From: Anaerolineales bacterium Chloro_02
Lineage (GTDB): Bacteria > Chloroflexota > Anaerolineae > Anaerolineales > Anaerolineaceae
Length of the DNA stretch: 38,937 nucleotides
Direction: 5' to 3'
Assembly (NCBI GenBank): GCA_001603765.1
Contig: LUZV01000032.1
Span: forward strand, 1-38,937
A model generated the notes under the pieces. The model ran no database searches, was not told the origin of the DNA, and was given only the letters and a program-made list of their open reading frames with translations. Positions 35,004-38,937 of this stretch are shown here, piece after piece; within the stretch, counting starts at the first letter, position 1; each line of letters opens with the position of its first letter. The translations under genes were made by a program, and so were the position numbers.

Positions 35004-37615
35004 AGGACCTCCAGACCTCTGGTTTCGTAAACAGATTTATGCGGCTCAGTCGCGTGTCTGATTGCCCGGTCTGTCGCCATGATTCCGGCAACGATGCCGT
35101 CAATCTTCTGCCGGCTTTTTGACTTGTCCGGTTTGATGTTCCCAGCAGCGTCCGTGGTGGTCATCACGTTATCCGCCATCCAGCGCAAAACAGGGTGGCT
35201 CCCATGCCGCAATCGCTTGTTCAATACCAGGCGCTCGACTTCTTTGGTTGGTGGGCTCATGCTCACATACCCCTGGCCAAACCCCACCAGAGTGAACCCC
35301 ATATTCATCAGCGTCTGGCTGATCTGCGTTGCTCCCCAGCGGTCAAAAGCGATTTCTTTGATGTTGAACCTTTCGCCCAGCTTTTCAATCTCTGCCAGGA
35401 TCCAGTCGTAATCAATCACGTTCCCGGGTGTCGCGATCATGAACCCCTGGTCCACCCACCCCTGGTACAGCTCCCGGTCTTTGAAAGATCGGTCTGTCAG
35501 CTTCTCTTCGGGCACGAACAAGCGCGGGATCCAGCTGTGCATCTCTGGTTCTCCGGGTTCATTCGGCACGTCCAAAACAAACGCGGCAATGTCAGAGACC
35601 GATGCCAGGTCAAGCCCACCGTAAGCAACCGAGCCTTCCAGCATCTTTTCGTCCAGCTCGTCAACCCCGCAGGCGTCCCATGCAGCCATATCCAGCCAGC
35701 GTGTCTCCTGACTCGTCCACATGTTGAGATACAGCCGTTTGAAGGTGTTCTGGTATGCAGGGCTGTTTTTTGCCTTCTCAAACTCCTGCCTCAGATATTC
35801 GATCTTGATTGTGTCCCCCAGGCTTGGGTTTGCCTTTGCCCAGGTCTCTTCGGATTCCCAGTCGTCCGTTGGGGACGCCTCGTAGATTGCCGGATAAAAC
35901 CAATCCATCTGGATGATGCCGTCTCTCACCTGGCAGGCGCGTTCATAAACTTCGTAACAGATAGATGTGCGGTCGTAACCGGCGGTAGTCATCGAGAGCA
36001 AAAGCGGCTGCCGCCTGGCTCCAAAGCTCGTTTGGATCGTGTCGTACAGTTCCCGGTCCTTCTGGGTGTGCAGCTCGTCAAACGCGGCTCCGTGCAAGTT
36101 GCCGCCGTGCTTTCCGCCTGCATCGCTTGAAACCACCTTGTAGACGCTTGCCCCTTGCTTGCCGACGATGGCATTGCGAAAAGGCGAAACCACCTGCGAG
36201 AGGGTCGAGTTCTGCATGACCATGAACCGCGCTGTGTCAAAGATCAGCCTGGCTTGCTCCCGGTCTGCGGCGATCGAGATCAACTCCGCGCCTGGTTCCT
36301 GGTCTACAATCAGCAGGTAGAGCATAATTGCCGCGCCTAAGGCTGAATTGTGCGTAGGAATCAAATGTCTGCCAGCGAGGTACATCCCTCCATCAACTGT
36401 TATACAATTGACAATTCTTTTTCCAGTACGCACCACGTTAGAGATCTTCCGCGTTTGGCTTCTTTGTTTAGTAACAGGCATTTCTTTTTGCCGGGAAGAT
36501 TTCCGCTTTACATAAGAAACATCGATGTCGTTGTAAGCAAAAAATTGAGCTCTGTATCTGGGGCCACAATCTTTACCGTAGAGTTTTGCGCGGTCAACCA
36601 TCACTCGAGGCTTATACCCAAGCCCAACCAACAATTCAACAACTTGCTCAAATAACAATCTGTTTACAAGGACTATTTCACATTGACCAGCTTTTGATAC
36701 AAAACCATCGGTATCCATAATCCCGCGCAACAATTCCATACGCTGTTCTGTAGACCCCATGAGGTATTCTGAGGGTATATGTTTATTGTGAACAAGTCCG
36801 TTTCTTATTAACTGCTTTTTGAATTTTCCCATGCCGACCAGATAGGAGTAGCGATACTTGTATTCAGCTTCATACCCATATTCTGATAACTTCTCAACAA
36901 TTTCAGGCTCTGATATTGTTATCCTTGCGGTATTGCAATCTCCGTCCCCCAGCCAAACACCAAGAACATATGGAGGAATTTCATACTCCTTTTCAGGGAA
37001 TTGTAGGGGTTTAGCTACATCAACTGAATGTACTATATCGTTGCGTGCGCCAGCCCTAAGTGTTTTGGCTATCTCTTTAGTGGTAACAAGGGGTTTTTCA
37101 CCTCTTACCCATTTAGGTTTTCCTGTGTGGACAGTTCGATTAGTTTTCCATTCATGATTTTCATGGGCAATAATGGCATCATCCCCCGAAAAATCCACAT
37201 AGTAACATTCTCCTTCATAATGCGGGGTAACATAACGAACTTTTGTGGGCACTCCTTCTGGGGTAAATACATAATCGCCTGGGGCTAAATCACCGTGGTT
37301 TTTCCATCCTTCGGTAGTCATAATTGGAGTGTTAACTTCCAAAGCTTTTCCGTTTTTCCTGGCCACAAATACAAATGCTTCCCGATATCGCCTGAAACCG
37401 GTCTCTTTTTCTTTCCAGCCAAACAGATTGCTTACCAGTTCCTTTTCCCAGTCCAAAAGCAAAAATGGTTTTCCGCCCAGATCACCTTTCACGTGGGTTA
37501 TATACGTTTCGATAAAATCAACCGCCACTTGCCCAGCCACAGCGTCATATGCGTACCTTTCGAGGTCACACTTCCAGGGATCGTAGATCTTGGGTGCTGT
37601 CACTTTCTCACTCAT
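35000..37615 (-). CDS. terL: Terminase large subunit (Terminase_1 family) interrupted by an intein
   Basis: The Walker A reads ARKNGK|...|SALGAA once the insert is removed, and C-terminal nuclease domain motifs are present. The ATG at 37615 (SD AGAGGG) is preferred over the GTG at 37621. Confidence 0.9.
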   Translation of the reverse strand: MSEKVTAPKIYDPWKCDLERYAYDAVAGQVAVDFIETYITHVKGDLGGKPFLLLDWEKELVSNLFGWKEKETGFRRYREAFVFVARKNGKALEVNTPIMTTEGWKNHGDLAPGDYVFTPEGVPTKVRYVTPHYEGECYYVDFSGDDAIIAHENHEWKTNRTVHTGKPKWVRGEKPLVTTKEIAKTLRAGARNDIVHSVDVAKPLQFPEKEYEIPPYVLGVWLGDGDCNTARITISEPEIVEKLSEYGYEAEYKYRYSYLVGMGKFKKQLIRNGLVHNKHIPSEYLMGSTEQRMELLRGIMDTDGFVSKAGQCEIVLVNRLLFEQVVELLVGLGYKPRVMVDRAKLYGKDCGPRYRAQFFAYNDIDVSYVKRKSSRQKEMPVTKQRSQTRKISNVVRTGKRIVNCITVDGGMYLAGRHLIPTHNSALGAAIMLYLLIVDQEPGAELISIAADREQARLIFDTARFMVMQNSTLSQVVSPFRNAIVGKQGASVYKVVSSDAGGKHGGNLHGAAFDELHTQKDRELYDTIQTSFGARRQPLLLSMTTAGYDRTSICYEVYERACQVRDGIIQMDWFYPAIYEASPTDDWESEETWAKANPSLGDTIKIEYLRQEFEKAKNSPAYQNTFKRLYLNMWTSQETRWLDMAAWDACGVDELDEKMLEGSVAYGGLDLASVSDIAAFVLDVPNEPGEPEMHSWIPRLFVPEEKLTDRSFKDRELYQGWVDQGFMIATPGNVIDYDWILAEIEKLGERFNIKEIAFDRWGATQISQTLMNMGFTLVGFGQGYVSMSPPTKEVERLVLNKRLRHGSHPVLRWMADNVMTTTDAAGNIKPDKSKSRQKIDGIVAGIMATDRAIRHATEPHKSVYETRGLEVL
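36347..37345 (-). mobile_element. Intein (333 aa) with LAGLIDADG homing endonuclease, class-3 WCT signature
   Basis: Block A ALEVNTPIMTTEG. Block B IIAHENHEW. LAGLIDADG motifs LGVWLGDGD and LLRGIMDTDGF. Block F IVNCITVDG. Block G LIPTHN followed by Ser+1. Confidence 0.85.
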
Positions 37616-38150
37616 GAGCACCCTCTTCTACTTTCTTACGTGCGGTATTAAACAGACTGTCTGCCAGGGAAAGGCTTTTGTCGTTTGGAGAGAGCGCTTT
37701 TACCCGTGTCCGCTCAGCTGGAGTAAGTCCAAACTGCGTCAGCATGTCCTTCACTTGCTTCCACGCCGTGTTGGCAATCCCGACATTCGGGTGTTGATAC
37801 ACCGTGGCTTTGTCGGTGATCACAATGTTCCCGGACTTCATCAAAGCTTTTCTGGCAGCTACCATGTCGCCATACGCCATACAAAGCAGCTCGAGCGCCG
37901 TATAGTCACCGCTGGAATACAATCCTGCCTCTTTCAGCTGTGGACCCAGCTCCCGCCATAAACGCTTACCGTAAAGGTTCATCGTGCTGGGCGGCTTAGG
38001 AAACGCCTCAGGAACTTCAAAGACAGCCTGTGAGTTGTTCACACGGCTCTTTTTGAGCGTTCCCTGCGCTTCTTTGATTGCATCTGGCACTGGTTTCCTA
38101 CCGCGCACGCCTTCTCCATCTTTCGCCGGCTGGGTTGTGCTCTGCCTCAT
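37608..38150 (-). CDS. terS: Terminase small subunit (P27 family)
   Basis: RGRKPVPDAIKEAQGTLKKSR...LWRELGPQLKEAGL...DYTALELLCMAY. The start is uncertain: either the ATG at 38150 or the GTG at 38108, which has GGAG 5 nt upstream. Confidence 0.7.
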   Translation of the reverse strand: MRQSTTQPAKDGEGVRGRKPVPDAIKEAQGTLKKSRVNNSQAVFEVPEAFPKPPSTMNLYGKRLWRELGPQLKEAGLYSSGDYTALELLCMAYGDMVAARKALMKSGNIVITDKATVYQHPNVGIANTAWKQVKDMLTQFGLTPAERTRVKALSPNDKSLSLADSLFNTARKKVEEGAHE

Positions 38151-38445
38151 GGCAGCGCCGGCATAATGCTTCCAGATTGTCTTCATCATCCGCGCCACCT
38201 TCACGTTTTCGGATGATGTGATGCGCCAGCTCCGCGGGTTCTCCGCATCGTTCACAGAGGGGGTTGTGAGCCAGGAAGATCTTGGATCGCTTCTGCCAGA
38301 CGGGATCGTCATACGTTATGTCCCTTGGACGTTCCCACTGTTTCAGGTATTCCCGCTGGTGTTCCGGACATCTGTAAACATTCGGAGTGGATACCAGGTT
38401 TGGACAGCCGGGCACCATGCAGGGTCTCTTAGGACTGATCGCCAT
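38098..38445 (-). CDS. HNH endonuclease (terminase-associated)
   Basis: CxxC...CxxH zinc-finger layout CMVPGCPN, CERCGEPAELAHHI and LCRRCHEAEHN, immediately upstream of TerS. Confidence 0.85.
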   Translation of the reverse strand: MAISPKRPCMVPGCPNLVSTPNVYRCPEHQREYLKQWERPRDITYDDPVWQKRSKIFLAHNPLCERCGEPAELAHHIIRKREGGADDEDNLEALCRRCHEAEHNPAGERWRRRAR

Positions 38446-38830
38446 TGCTTTCTTCCTGCTTACTGATGCGCGTTTTCGGCTTTCGCTTGACCTCGTTCAG
38501 GATTTCCCGTGCTTGCGCGTCGTGAGCCTGGAAATTCCCGAAAAACACCGTTGTGTCAGAGCGCACCTCACGCATCTCAACCACCATCGACTGCGTCACC
38601 TGTGTCAGATCCTGCAGACTCTTCTGCACATCCGCCATCGCGCAATTATTCTCTTCGCGCTGCTCCTTGTTGAACAGCCGCCACTTGTCGTCAATGTCAA
38701 ACATGAACTGCTGCCACTTTTCCGATTGTCGGCTGAACCAATTCAACAGCGCCGCCACAAATACAATGAACAACACCACAAACACCGCCTGTTCCCAGGC
38801 AACGTATGGAATAGCCTCACCCGCGTTCAT
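38429..38830 (-). CDS. Membrane-anchored coiled-coil protein (unknown function)
   Basis: One N-terminal TM helix (AVFVVLFIVFVAALLNWF) followed by a charged helical region. Confidence 0.5.
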   Translation of the reverse strand: MNAGEAIPYVAWEQAVFVVLFIVFVAALLNWFSRQSEKWQQFMFDIDDKWRLFNKEQREENNCAMADVQKSLQDLTQVTQSMVVEMREVRSDTTVFFGNFQAHDAQAREILNEVKRKPKTRISKQEESNGDQS

Positions 38831-38937
38831 TTACCCGCCCTTGAACCGCTTACGTCCAGCTCTGCTGGAAAGGTGCCTCGTAGGGAAGGGGACAAGCCCC
38901 TTCCGTCCACTCCCTCCTGGGAGGGGGATAAAGGGGG
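38827..38937 (-). CDS. 3' end of an ORF entering from beyond the window, carrying repeat copy C
   Basis: The frame is open from the window edge: PPLSPSQEGVDGRGLSPSLRGTFPAELDVSGSRAGK*. Its TGA overlaps the next ATG (ATGA). Confidence 0.35.
   Translation of the reverse strand, partial: PPLSPSQEGVDGRGLSPSLRGTFPAELDVSGSRAGK
38881..38937 (-). repeat. G/C-tract hairpin repeat, copy C (truncated by window edge)
   Basis: TCCACTCCCTCCTGGGAGGGGGATAAAGGGGG aligns with copy A. A second hairpin, GGAAGGGG-acaag-CCCCTTCC, precedes it. Confidence 0.6.

Larger units (their letters stand above)
17147..38937. mobile_element. Integrated siphovirus-type prophage (HK97-like head); left end at tRNA-Pro, right end beyond window
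   Basis: A tyrosine integrase lies immediately 3' of the tRNA. About 20.5 kb of contiguous minus-strand phage packaging, head, tail and lysis genes follow. No second att copy is visible. Confidence 0.9.

Noticed and set aside
35195-36130. 311-aa plus-strand ORF antisense to TerL
   Set aside because: It overlaps the conserved TerL nuclease and ATPase coding region. Its composition (Pro/Arg/Val/His-rich) looks like an antisense artefact.
38151-38312. Long version of the TerS ORF starting at 38312
   Set aside because: It would overlap more than 200 nt of the HNH gene. The P27-family homology begins only at RGRKPVPD, so starts at 38150 or 38108 are more plausible.
1-38937. CRISPR arrays, rRNA genes, IS elements and known defence or toxin-antitoxin modules
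   Set aside because: I saw no regularly spaced direct repeats, no transposase-like ORFs and no recognisable defence-gene motifs on either strand.

Overview
The window has two parts. (1) About 17 kb of housekeeping chromosome: the rpoC 3' end, gyrA, an HD hydrolase, a DUF218 protein, a PhnD-like lipoprotein, an adenosine-kinase-like protein, rdgB, yceD, metG, a nucleosidase-like protein, a SagB-type dehydrogenase, uvrC, mutL and a Zn-ADH. It ends in tRNA-Pro(CGG). The protein sequences look Chloroflexota/Anaerolineae-like, but that is only an impression and is unverified. (2) From the tRNA to the right edge (at least 21.8 kb) lies an integrated siphovirus-type prophage with an HK97-like head. 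A tyrosine integrase sits beside the tRNA. A single tightly coupled minus-strand late operon then runs right to left: membrane protein, HNH, TerS, TerL, Sm-like ORF, portal-MuF, protease, capsid, connectors, two tail-tube paralogs, G/G-T chaperones, tape measure, Dit, baseplate/fibre proteins and endolysin. The second att site and the early/lysogeny genes lie outside the window. I found no CRISPR array, rRNA, or recognisable defence or toxin system. The most unusual items are all in the prophage. (a) A 333-codon LAGLIDADG intein with the class-3 'WCT' signature and Ala1 splits the TerL P-loop. (b) A P-loop NTPase/kinase-like domain is fused in frame to the HK97 prohead protease. (c) A G/C-tract hairpin repeat is read in the same frame in three late proteins as a 'P-L-S-P-S-x-E-G-V-E' linker, including the joint of a portal-MuF fusion. 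(d) The fibre proteins are built from three collar-like modules carrying 11 HxH motifs, next to a C1q/TNF-like fibre head. (e) The major tail protein genes are duplicated in tandem. All functional calls come from motif recognition by eye; no database search was possible.
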